Assembly: GCA_964520445.1 (NCBI GenBank)
Contig: CAZFNU010000001.1
Location: 1-30,698, forward strand
Origin: an uncultured Candidatus Saccharibacteria bacterium
GTDB lineage: Bacteria; Patescibacteriota; Minisyncoccia; UBA6257; JAKLIH01
Length of the DNA stretch: 30,698 nt
Direction: 5' to 3'
In this document: piece after piece, positions 1-8,445 of the stretch
Numbering within the stretch: the stretch's first letter is position 1
How the letters are laid out: each line of letters opens with the position of its first letter
The notes under the pieces: model-generated
The model's input: the letters and a program-made list of their open reading frames with translations, nothing else
The model's database searches: none
What the model was told of the DNA's origin: nothing
Translations under genes and position numbers: made by a program

Positions 1-137
1 AATAGCATTTCAGAAATTAGAAGATCTTACTATCTATATTTATCCTATATTATCTGTTTATAGTCATATTAACAATAGGTAACCGGAAAGTTAAAAAACT
101 TGCAAAACAATTAAAAATGTAGTAATATATACAAATT

Positions 138-650
138 ATGATAAAAAGAATGCAAACCTTAAATATTGAATCAGAACCAACACTAAAAGTAGGAGTACCA
201 CAATCAAGCATTGCTTGATCCTATACTCTCCCCTTTAAAACAACTAGTTTTTATTTATTAGTTTCTGTCTTTGGTATTCTATTTGTTTGATTGGGGTTAA
301 ACTATATCCACAGCTACATCCTAACCGTAGTAGTTATCTTTGGTTTAATCATTGTTATTGGTAAAACACTGGTTAAGCAGGAATTAAATTTTCTTTTAAC
401 TGATGAATGCATTTCTTTAGAATCTCAGAAAATTCAGTGATCCAATATAAAACAAGCTATATTTCTTCCTTATCATAAAGATTATTTAATTGCTTTACAA
501 CCTATTACTTTTCCTTATACAAAAATGTATATTCCTGCTCCCAAAGAAAAAATAGAAGCAATAATGAATTTTCTTAATACTCATACTACTATTAAGGATT
601 TTAAAACCGAATCAGTTATAGACCGTTTAATTAGATTTTTGATTTTTTAA
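138..650 (+). CDS. Membrane protein, CPR DUF5673-like (170 aa, table 4)
   Basis: ATG 138 to TAA 648-650 with three in-frame TGA (216, 288, 438). Reads as SIA-W-SY, two TM helices, KIQ-W-SNIK and a C-terminal ESVIDRLIRFLIF, resembling a common Parcubacteria family. Absent from the ORF track because of the TGAs. Confidence 0.75.
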
Positions 651-663
651 ATTAACTCATCTT

Positions 664-735
664 GCCCTCGTCGTTCAATGGATAGGACACAAGATTGCGG
701 ATCTTGTAATAGGGGTTCGACTCCTCTCGAGGGCA
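664..735 (+). tRNA. tRNA-Arg(GCG)
   Basis: GCCCTCG/CGAGGGC acceptor, anticodon arm CAAGA-ttGCGga-TCTTG, GGTTCGACTCC T-arm. CCA not encoded. Confidence 0.95.
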
Positions 736-737
736 CA

Positions 738-766
738 TTGACATTTATTCAATTTTATGGTAAGAT
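738..766 (+). promoter_or_regulatory. sigma70-type promoter
   Basis: TTGACA-17 nt-TAAGAT with extended TG, directly after tRNA-Arg and upstream of the 824-2177 operon. Confidence 0.7.
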
Positions 767-823
767 ACCCTCCACTCAAAATAAAGTGTATTTTAATAAT
801 TTATTTGAAGGGAGGTGATTCTA

Positions 824-1015
824 ATGATTGTAAAATGGTTAAGTTCTAATTTTGCCTGGTATATAATAGGTTTAGTTATTGGCATAATATACGGTATATA
901 CGAGATGTCAAGAGCATTTTTTAAATATGATTATAAAAATCAAGCAAGATTTGTTTTCTCTGGTATATTGATCATTGTTTGTACCGCAATACTCTGTATT
1001 TTAATTAGAAAATAA
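824..1015 (+). CDS. Small two-TM membrane protein, hypothetical
   Basis: GGAGGTG SD at 811-817 favours ATG 824 over the track start at 815. Two hydrophobic segments; TAA stop. Confidence 0.7.
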   Translation: MIVKWLSSNFAWYIIGLVIGIIYGIYEMSRAFFKYDYKNQARFVFSGILIIVCTAILCILIRK

Positions 1016-1030
1016 GAGAGGAGGATTCCG

Positions 1031-1642
1031 ATGAAAGTAATGTATGGTTTTTGCCATCCAAGAATTCTTGACAAATTTTTATCAAATGCACTTGATGTAT
1101 TAAAAATACATCGATTGCCGGGGAAAAATAGTATCCCTGTTAAAATATCCAGTAATCCTTTTTCTACCGGAAATCCACCACATCCAGCGTGGTGGCATTC
1201 ACATGGGTTTATCATACCCAGGATTAGAAAAGAAAACCAACAAGTTAATTTTGAATACGAATTAGAAAAAGAGAAAAGGATTATAAGGCGCATAACAATA
1301 AAAAAAGAAAAAACAGTTAATGTTTTTTCTATTAATTACGAAATAGACGCTAACGAATCAAGCACCTATTATGGGAGCATTACAGCTTCCTACAAAACGA
1401 TAGAGGCTATGTTTGGCTTCAAGAAATGGAACGAAGATTCAGGCACAGAATTATTATCTAAATTCTGTCATGATCCAGATAATCCTTTTGAAACTGATAA
1501 ATGTGCTAGTAACGTATTTATCAGATACAAGGAATTTCTTAACATTCCTGGGCCTAGCTGGGGACACCATACTGATCCGGCTATTTCAATAATGGTAAAC
1601 GAAGAGATAAAATCAGCCATCAGATGGCTAATGAAAAGCTAA
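1031..1642 (+). CDS. Hypothetical protein (203 aa)
   Basis: Open ORF with GAGGAGG SD; five Trp, all TGG; no recognisable domain. Confidence 0.8.
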   Translation: MKVMYGFCHPRILDKFLSNALDVLKIHRLPGKNSIPVKISSNPFSTGNPPHPAWWHSHGFIIPRIRKENQQVNFEYELEKEKRIIRRITIKKEKTVNVFSINYEIDANESSTYYGSITASYKTIEAMFGFKKWNEDSGTELLSKFCHDPDNPFETDKCASNVFIRYKEFLNIPGPSWGHHTDPAISIMVNEEIKSAIRWLMKS

Positions 1643-1682
1643 GTATAAATTAAGTATAAATAAGTATACGAAGGAGGGTTAA

Positions 1683-2177
1683 ATGGATAGATCTGATATT
1701 TTATATCATAGGAGAAAAATTGCCGAAACCGAAGTTGAGATAAATCAGATTATGGAAAAAATGAAAGAAATTCTTAGTATTGAAACATATATGGCAGAAG
1801 AAGTATATTTTGATTGCGCTCAAGAAGTACAGCGTAAAACGGTTAGAAGATTTAAAATAGGGGATTTTCTTTTTAATAGAACTGAGGACCATGGTAACTA
1901 CATAACTACATATACCATTTGGTATTGTAGAAAAAAGGTATTTAAAACATATTATAGTATAAAGGGATTGAAAGAAGGCCCCATTACTGTAAAACGATTT
2001 TATAACCGAGGAGAATGGTATAAGAAGTTCCAAAACATAGATGAAGTTATAAAAAAAGAAAAAATGATAACCCAAAAAGTAAAAGAACTTTTTAAGGCTA
2101 AGTTAAAAAACAATAAGAAAGTTATTCAAGAACTACAGAAAGAATATAGAAGACTTAATCTTTTCTCAGGATTGTAG
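1683..2177 (+). CDS. Hypothetical Lys-rich protein (164 aa)
   Basis: AAGGAGG SD, open ORF, followed by a terminator hairpin. Confidence 0.8.
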   Translation: MDRSDILYHRRKIAETEVEINQIMEKMKEILSIETYMAEEVYFDCAQEVQRKTVRRFKIGDFLFNRTEDHGNYITTYTIWYCRKKVFKTYYSIKGLKEGPITVKRFYNRGEWYKKFQNIDEVIKKEKMITQKVKELFKAKLKNNKKVIQELQKEYRRLNLFSGL

Positions 2178-2183
2178 AGAAAC

Positions 2184-2219
2184 AGGGCAGACAATAAAAT
2201 GTCTGCCCTAACTATTTTC
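2184..2219 (+). terminator. Intrinsic terminator
   Basis: AGGGCAGACA/TGTCTGCCCT 10-bp stem followed by a T-rich tail. Confidence 0.65.
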
Positions 2220-2257
2220 TTGTAATTAACGCATTTTTATGATAAAATTATAACTAT

Positions 2258-2347
2258 GGTGAGGTGCCAGAGTGGTTGAATGGGGTGCTCTCGAAAAGCA
2301 TTGTATCTTAACCGGTACCGGAGGTCCGAATCCTCCCCTCACCGCCA
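2258..2347 (+). tRNA. tRNA-Ser(CGA)
   Basis: GGTGAGG acceptor, anticodon loop ctCGAaa, long variable arm, encoded CCA. T-loop is GTCCGAA rather than GTTCGAA. Confidence 0.93.
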
Positions 2348-2389
2348 ATTCGTAGAATTAGAGTTTTCGGGGTTTATTACCTCGCTCTA

Positions 2390-2466
2390 TTGACAAATTA
2401 AGGTAAATTTGCTAAAATGGTCATAATTAAACTAAGAAATGACCAATTTTGGTAATAAATGGTCAT
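2390..2466 (+). promoter_or_regulatory. sigma70 promoter with three overlapping/downstream TGGTCAT boxes
   Basis: TTGACA 2390-2395, 17 nt, TAAAAT 2413-2418. TGGTCAT at 2418, its reverse complement at 2439, TGGTCAT again at 2460. Confidence 0.7.
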
Positions 2467-2488
2467 TTTGTGAAAAATAATCACAAAA

Positions 2489-3763
2489 ATGGATAATCAC
2501 TTAAGAATAATATTAGAAAGACAAAAATTAGAAAAAGAAAGGATTTTATCTTTCAAGGTCATAGATCGTCAAGAAAACCAAGAAGCACCAAAATATATAG
2601 ATAATGAACTAATAAAAGTAATTACTGGCCCTAGGCGTTGTGGTAAGTCAGTTTTTTCTTTTCAAGTTTTAAAAAATAGAGGATATAGTTTTGCTTATGC
2701 AAATTTTGAAGACGAAGCTCTTATTTCCGCTATTGATAATAATTATGATAAATTTACAGACGAATTAAACTTTGTTTATGGAAAAACAGACTATTTTGTT
2801 TTTGATGAAATACAAAATTTAGATAAATGAGAAATGTATTTAAATAAATTACAAAGAAGAGGATATAAAATAATAGTTACAGGATCTAACGCAAAATTAT
2901 TGAGTGGAGAATTAGCAACTTCTTTAACAGGAAGACATATTTCTATAGATTTATTTCCATTTAGCTTTCAAGAGTTCCTAGACTATAAATATCAAGAAAA
3001 AAAACCGGTAGAAACCCAATTGCCATACGAACTAGAATATTATTTAAAACAAGGTGGCTTCCCAGAAACTTTAAAACCAGAAATAGATTCATACTCTTAT
3101 CTAAATGGGCTTGTCCAAACAACGATACTAAAGGATGTTTTGTTTAGGCACGGACATAGTATTCAGAAAGGTAAAAGAATTGAGCTTTTAGCTAATTACC
3201 TAATTAATCATTGTTGTCAAGAGTTTAGCTATCGTAAATTAGCAATACCATTAGCCATCAAAAGCCACAATACTGCTGAAAAATATTTAGGATATCTACA
3301 AGAAACATTTTTATTCTTTACTTTAGGAAAATATTCGTTTAAATATTCCGAACATTTATCTTCTGATAAGAAAGTATATGTAATAGACAATGGGTTATTG
3401 ACTGCCAGAAATTTATTTAATTCTCCGAATTATGGAATATATTTCGAGAATTTAATTTTCCTAGAATTATTACGCAGAAACTATAGACCAAATTATGAAT
3501 TATTTTATTATAAAACTAAGGGTAATAAGGAGGTTGATTTTGTCTTAAAAGATCCTAATTCTAAGATTAACCAATTGATACAAGTTTGTTATGATATCCA
3601 GAATACCGAGACAGAAAAAAGAGAAGTTTCCGCCTTATTAAAAGCCAGCCAAGAATTACAGTGTAATAATTTGTTAATTATAACGAAAGACGTCGAAAAG
3701 GAAGAAATTAAAAATGAAACAATAATTAAATACATTCCTGCTTGGAAGTATCTTTTGAGTTAA
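2489..3763 (+). CDS. AAA+ ATPase, COG1373 type (AAA_14 + DUF4143), 424 aa
   Basis: Walker A GPRRCGKS, Walker B FVFDEIQ, TGSNA and GGFPE motifs, C-terminal EVDF. One TGA (2828-2830) sits at the conserved DEIQxxxxW position and joins the two track ORFs. Confidence 0.92.
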
Positions 3764-3828
3764 ATTACTCAATCGGGATTTTCCTCGAAGAAGGTTCTAG
3801 TCTTAACCAGAAGGTACCGTGCACACTA

Positions 3829-3857
3829 TTGACAATTACATAAAAAAGTGGTAATTT
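3829..3857 (+). promoter_or_regulatory. sigma70-type promoter
   Basis: TTGACA-17-TAATTT with extended TG. Confidence 0.55.
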
Positions 3858-3898
3858 TATCATTATGAAATTTAATATTTAAAAAGGGAGGTATTTAA

Positions 3899-4462
3899 GT
3901 GTTAGATAGTGCTAGTTTTATTGCGTTTGCCGGTTTAACAATAGGAATGGTTATCGCGATGATGTCCGATAATATCATATTCAAAAAATTCATAAAATCT
4001 CGAAGGATTTCAGAGAGTCAAGATAGAAATATTTTTTTTCTATATATGGCTATTGTATTTTTAGCAGCAAGCATAATAGGGTGGTTAAAAATACCTATAG
4101 GGCGTTTTGAACCATATGACCGCACTACTTATCTTACTGGTAATTTGACACTTGGTTACTATTTTTTCTGGGGTATCTTTTTGTTGATATTATCTGTAGT
4201 ATCTATTATTTATGGTAAGGCACCATTGAAAAAGAAAGAAAAAAGTTTCATACTTGAAAAATCATATTTTCTTTCAAAACCAGGAGCTGAAGATATAGTA
4301 ATCAAAGCAATTGACGATTATCGATCTCGAGAAAAAGCACAAGCACTAATATCAGAAAGGAAATTAATACCAGGAGAATATCGAGTTGAAAAAAACCTTA
4401 CCTATGTTCCAGGCAAAGAACCAGAAAAGGAAGAAAGGGCATTAATCTTTTCTTCTTTATAA
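3899..4462 (+). CDS. Three-TM membrane protein, hypothetical
   Basis: GTG start after GGGAGGT SD; three hydrophobic helices and a charged C-terminus. Confidence 0.8.
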   Translation: MLDSASFIAFAGLTIGMVIAMMSDNIIFKKFIKSRRISESQDRNIFFLYMAIVFLAASIIGWLKIPIGRFEPYDRTTYLTGNLTLGYYFFWGIFLLILSVVSIIYGKAPLKKKEKSFILEKSYFLSKPGAEDIVIKAIDDYRSREKAQALISERKLIPGEYRVEKNLTYVPGKEPEKEERALIFSSL

Positions 4463-4472
4463 CTCTAAATTT

Positions 4473-4504
4473 AAAAGAGTGGATAATATTATCCACTCTT
4501 TTTT
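4473..4504 (+). terminator. Intrinsic terminator (palindromic, potentially bidirectional)
   Basis: Perfect palindrome AAAAGAGTGGATAATATTATCCACTCTTTT followed by further T. Confidence 0.75.
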
Positions 4505-4510
4505 GAAGTC

Positions 4511-4539
4511 TTGACAGATATAAAAAAGTATGATATTAT
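4511..4539 (+). promoter_or_regulatory. sigma70-type promoter
   Basis: TTGACA-17-TATTAT with extended TG. Confidence 0.7.
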
Positions 4540-4597
4540 CAAAATATTCAGAATTGATCGTAATTTTGAAAATTAGAAATTTAAAAAGGAGAAAAGT

Positions 4598-5095
4598 ATG
4601 AACAACGGTAAGGTGAGAAGATTAAGTATCAAAGAACTAAAGGATTTAATCAAAGAAAAAAATGAGTTTGTAACACGAGTTTTTAGTGTTATGGATTTGA
4701 TTGTTAGTGTAAAAGGGGCACAGCAGACAGAAGACAATGGAGATTTGTATCACGAACTTCTTCTAGAGGGATTACGACTTAGATTAACGCTGGGGAGCGG
4801 GAAATGTCGTTCTGCAATTATATGGAGAGCTGATCAAAATCCTAAAACAGCGCTACCCTTGTTTTATGCTGCGCATGCTGGCGACGTGGAAAAAGCCAAA
4901 ATATATTATTGGCAAGAAAATACACTTATTTGGCAAGATCAGATAGACTTATATGCAACACACGTACAAGAGATTTTAACAAAAATAGAGAGAGAAGAAG
5001 CAATTAATGAACAAACAAGGAAAGCACGAGAAGAAGAAATTACAACAACCAACCAGATATACGAAGATGCTCAAAGATTAGGAATTAGCTGGTAG
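4598..5095 (+). CDS. Hypothetical protein (165 aa)
   Basis: AAAGGAG SD, open ORF, four Trp all TGG, own promoter and terminator. Confidence 0.8.
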   Translation: MNNGKVRRLSIKELKDLIKEKNEFVTRVFSVMDLIVSVKGAQQTEDNGDLYHELLLEGLRLRLTLGSGKCRSAIIWRADQNPKTALPLFYAAHAGDVEKAKIYYWQENTLIWQDQIDLYATHVQEILTKIEREEAINEQTRKAREEEITTTNQIYEDAQRLGISW

Positions 5096-5103
5096 AAAAC
5101 AAT

Positions 5104-5135
5104 ACTGGGGAAGAAACACTCTTTCCCAGTTTTTT
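5104..5135 (+). terminator. Intrinsic terminator
   Basis: ACTGGGGAAG/CTTTCCCAGT stem followed by a T-tract. Confidence 0.7.
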
Positions 5136-5295
5136 ATTTTAAAATAAGATATAAAATACAACATTATACTTTCGTAATATATCGGAAGTTTTAGATAGTT
5201 TAGTAGTATAGATATTTGATTTTATACCAAAAATTTGATAGAATATGAAAATACTTGAAAATGTAGTATTTTCAGTACAATTAGCTATATAAATA

Positions 5296-5826
5296 ATGAC
5301 TAAAGACAACTTTTCTAAAATTTATGATACGCATATGACAGAAATTTACCGTTTCTTCTATTTGCGTACTAATCAAAGAGAGCATTCTGAAGAACTAGCT
5401 TCAGAGGCCTTTTTTAAGTTTTGACAACATAATAAGAATAAGACCGAGAATTATATCAAAAATCCCCGGGCCTTTCTTTATCGTATTTCCAGAAACCTCT
5501 TAATAGATCACTTTAGAAAAAATAATCAAAACAAACAAGATATTTCTATTGAAGAATTCAATGATTCCCCAAATTTACCTCGTACCCTTGTTGATGACTC
5601 TTTCCGACAATCAGTAGAGCTAGAAGAAAAACAAAATAAGATAAAGAAAGCCTTACAAAAAATCAACCCAACCTATGCCGATATTATTATCTATTATTTT
5701 ATTGAAGGATTAGATAGCCATGAAATTGCTTCTATCTTAGAAAAAACAGAAAGTAATATCAGAGTTTTAATTCATAGATCTCTGGAATCATTAAAAAAAG
5801 AAATAGGAGAAAATATTGATTTATAA
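5296..5826 (+). CDS. ECF RNA polymerase sigma factor (176 aa, table 4)
   Basis: Region 2 YRFFYLRT..SEELASEAFFKF-W(TGA 5422)..AFLYRISRNLLIDHFRK; region 4 EGLDSHEIASILEKTESNIRVLIHRSL. Missed entirely by the ORF track. Confidence 0.9.
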
Positions 5827-5890
5827 TCTTAATTTGCATTTTATTCCTTTTTTTGCTATGATACAAATAATAAAAAATTAAGAGCTTGTC

Positions 5891-6091
5891 ATGCCTAAAA
5901 CTCATAAAATCTTCATTACTGCTTTTATTATCGGAGCTACCTGTATTAGCACTTGCGCTGCTATGGTTTTTACCACTCCTGGTATATCCGAAATCATCAT
6001 GATGCGTATTAGAACAGTTTTTCACCCAGAAGAATATTCAGCTTCTGTTTGGGAATCTTCCAAACCCCTAGTTAACCCATTTATTAAGTAA
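5891..6091 (+). CDS. Small hypothetical protein with N-terminal hydrophobic segment
   Basis: 66-aa ORF between the two sigma genes; no recognisable domain. Confidence 0.5.
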   Translation: MPKTHKIFITAFIIGATCISTCAAMVFTTPGISEIIMMRIRTVFHPEEYSASVWESSKPLVNPFIK

Positions 6092-6147
6092 CCTATATAT
6101 AGTAAGATAGATAATGAAATTTTTATATATCCTAAATTTATTTAATT

Positions 6148-6723
6148 ATGCAAAAAGAACAACCTAATTCTAATAAAGATAAAACTCCCAAGAAACTATC
6201 TAAGGAGAAAGAGGCTTTAAAATTAAAATTTATAGAATATCTGAAGCAATATAAAGAGGAGATTTATAAAATAGCCTATTACTATGCTAAAAATAAAGAC
6301 GATGCAGAGGATTTAGCGCAGGAAGCCTGTACAAAAGCCTATTGCTATTTCCATACCTTCAAAGAAGGTTCTAGTTTTAAAGCTTGGATGTTTAAAATCA
6401 TAAACAACACATTTAAAGGGATATGAACCAAAAAACAGAAACACGGCACCTCAGAATATATCAAGGGTATAAAGGAAGACCTATATAAATTCCAAGACAA
6501 AGATCGGCTAGAGGACCAATTAATAAGTATTGATATTAATCTTTTAAAGAAAAAAATAACTACATTACCCAAAGAATTTAAAGAAGTCATAACCCTGTAT
6601 GACATTCAAGGATTATCCTATGAAGAAATTGCCCAAAAAATAAATATAAATATAGGTACAGTAAGATCTCGACTACACCGAGCTAGAGCAATTTTGAAAG
6701 AACAGATAGGAAATGACATATAG
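6148..6723 (+). CDS. ECF RNA polymerase sigma factor (191 aa, table 4)
   Basis: DAEDLAQEACTKAY, SFKAWMFKIINNTF, TGA 6424 read through, then region 4 QGLSYEEIAQKININIGTVRSRLHRAR; TAG 6721-6723. Confidence 0.92.
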
Positions 6724-6725
6724 AG

Positions 6726-6765
6726 CTGTAACAAATTCTCCTAATATACGTCTACATTTATAGCT
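6726..6765 (+). repeat. 40-bp direct repeat copy 1, containing an ECF-type promoter TGTAAC-N16-CGTC
   Basis: 37/40 identical to 7309-7348. The AAC-N16-CGTC spacing matches SigM/W/X-like ECF promoters. Confidence 0.85.
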
Positions 6766-6793
6766 TAAAATATATTATTTTAACATATCAATC

Positions 6794-7075
6794 ATGAAAA
6801 AAACAAAAAAAGTAATTAAAAAACAAACAAAAAAGATTTTGGAATATACTGCTGTATTTGAAAGGGAAGAAGACGGAAAATATACAGTTCGTTTTCCTAG
6901 CTTACCAGGGTGCTTTACTTATGGGAATAACTTAAAACATGCTCATGAAATGGCCAAGGAAGTTTTGGAATTATGATTAGAAGTACTAGAAGAGAACAAA
7001 AAGCCAATTCCGATTGAACGTAAGAATGTTATTGCCTGTATTAGTAAACTAAAAGTTTCTTTAGTCAAAAACTAA
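6794..7075 (+). CDS. hicB: HicB-family antitoxin (short form, 93 aa)
   Basis: YTAVFEREEDGKYTVRFPSLPGCFTYG..HAHEMAKEVLEL-W(TGA 6974)-LE..PIP; no C-terminal DNA-binding domain seen. Confidence 0.9.
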
Positions 7076-7084
7076 GATTATTTA

Positions 7085-7303
7085 ATGCCTTCTTTAAATT
7101 ATACTCAAATTACAAAAACACTAAAGAAACATGGTTTTATACTTATTCGGCAGCGAGGAAGTCATTTTATATGGCATAACTTTGAAAAAGAGATTACCGT
7201 CCCCGTTCCTTTTCATGGGAAATCAGAACCCATTGCTATAGGCACGGTTATGGATATAATTCGTCAATCAAGTATTCCCAAGGAGAAATTTTTTAAAAGA
7301 TAA
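7085..7303 (+). CDS. hicA: HicA-family mRNA interferase toxin
   Basis: LKKHGF..RQRGSHFI..ITVPVPFH..IAIGTVMDII, the canonical HicA pattern. Confidence 0.92.
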   Translation: MPSLNYTQITKTLKKHGFILIRQRGSHFIWHNFEKEITVPVPFHGKSEPIAIGTVMDIIRQSSIPKEKFFKR

Positions 7304-7308
7304 TTTAA

Positions 7309-7348
7309 CTGTAACAAATTCTCCTAATACACGTCTACATACATAGCT
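7309..7348 (+). repeat. 40-bp direct repeat copy 2, ECF-type promoter
   Basis: ctgtaacaaattctcctaatacacgtctacatacatagct, upstream of the anti-sigma-like gene. Confidence 0.85.
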
Positions 7349-7436
7349 ACAAATAAACATGAACTTTGCCTAGCAAAGCCAAAAACAAACAAAAAATATA
7401 AAAAAGCTAGTAAATACTAGCTAAAATTAAAGAAAC

Positions 7437-8336
7437 ATGACAAATTTTACTCACGAAAATCAAAATAGCGAGCAAAATAAGGGCCAAAACGACGTTTTAG
7501 CTACTCTTTTATCGTTTCGTGAAGTAAAACCTAGAGTTTTATGACAAGAAGCTAATAAAGGAAGATTATTAGAAAGAATTAGATTAGAACAACATACTGA
7601 AAGAAAAGCTAATTATAAGCCTAGTTATTTTATTAAACAAATGTCTTGATTTGCCAAACCAGTAGCTATTTCTTTAGCTAGTTTTGGCTTACTTAGTGGT
7701 ACTGTTATAGGAACTCAAGCAATTTCTCCTTTAAGTGTTTTTTACCCAGCTAAGATCTTGGTGGCTAATACCTATTATAGAGTATTACCTAAAGAAAAAC
7801 AGATAGAATATAGACTATCTCTAGCTAATGAGAAATTATCTGCTTTAAAAACACTTCAAAATGTAACAAAACCATCTAAAACTCGTCAGATATCTTACCT
7901 CACTAATTCTTTAACCTCAGATCTCTATTTCTCAGCTAATAATATGAAACAAATTAAGGATTTAAAGAAATTAGTCACAATCGCTCCTAAAATAGAAGCA
8001 GCTACTAAAAAATGAGCTAATGAAACCAGTACTAATCCTAAAATGGATGAAATTGTTAAAAATGTAAAACAAGAAATTCTAGCTATTATAATCGATACCG
8101 AAGATAAAGCTGATAATTGTCCTTCTTATTTATCTCAAAGAATAACAGAATTATCAGATCCTAGTAAGTTAGCTATCTATAACCCAGAGAACAAAGTAGC
8201 AGTAATAAATTTACTTACTGATGCTAAAAAAGCAATGTTATCCAATGATTGTCTGAAATCCTTACAACTTCTAGATCAGGTGGCAGAGTATCAACTTCAA
8301 TTGTTAATTAACCCTACTGGTTTGGAAACAAAGTAG
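7437..8336 (+). CDS. Single-TM protein, DUF5667-like, putative anti-sigma factor (299 aa, table 4)
   Basis: Three TGA (7542, 7647, 8013) join the fragments. N-terminal VKPRVL-W..KGRLLERI, one TM, then ISPLSVFYPAK resembling the LPGDxLYPxK motif, then a helical C-domain. Position downstream of an ECF sigma fits an anti-sigma role (inference). Confidence 0.7.
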
Positions 8337-8445
8337 TCAGGGATAATTAAAACCCCATTATCCTTAAACATTAAATTAAAAGTTTAAGGAAGGTCGGCTT
8401 ATGGATCGCATAAATAAACAAAAACAAATAAGTTTAAAATTTAAA

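Noticed and set aside
1641-1669. Triple AAGTATA(AAT) micro-repeat between two ORFs
   Set aside because: Short, low-complexity AT repeat with no spacers; not CRISPR-like and probably slippage.
3797-3820. tcttaacc...ggtaccg similarity to the tRNA-Ser variable arm (possible att remnant)
   Set aside because: Two short gapped matches to an internal tRNA segment rather than the 3' end; compatible with chance.
6726-7348. CRISPR or integron (attC) interpretation of the 40-bp direct repeat
   Set aside because: Only two copies, 583 bp apart, enclosing genes; no palindromic attC R/L boxes, and no cas or intI in the window.
8401-8445. Track start at 8401 for the surface protein
   Set aside because: The signal peptide begins at ATG 8446/8449; the upstream part is an A-rich leader.
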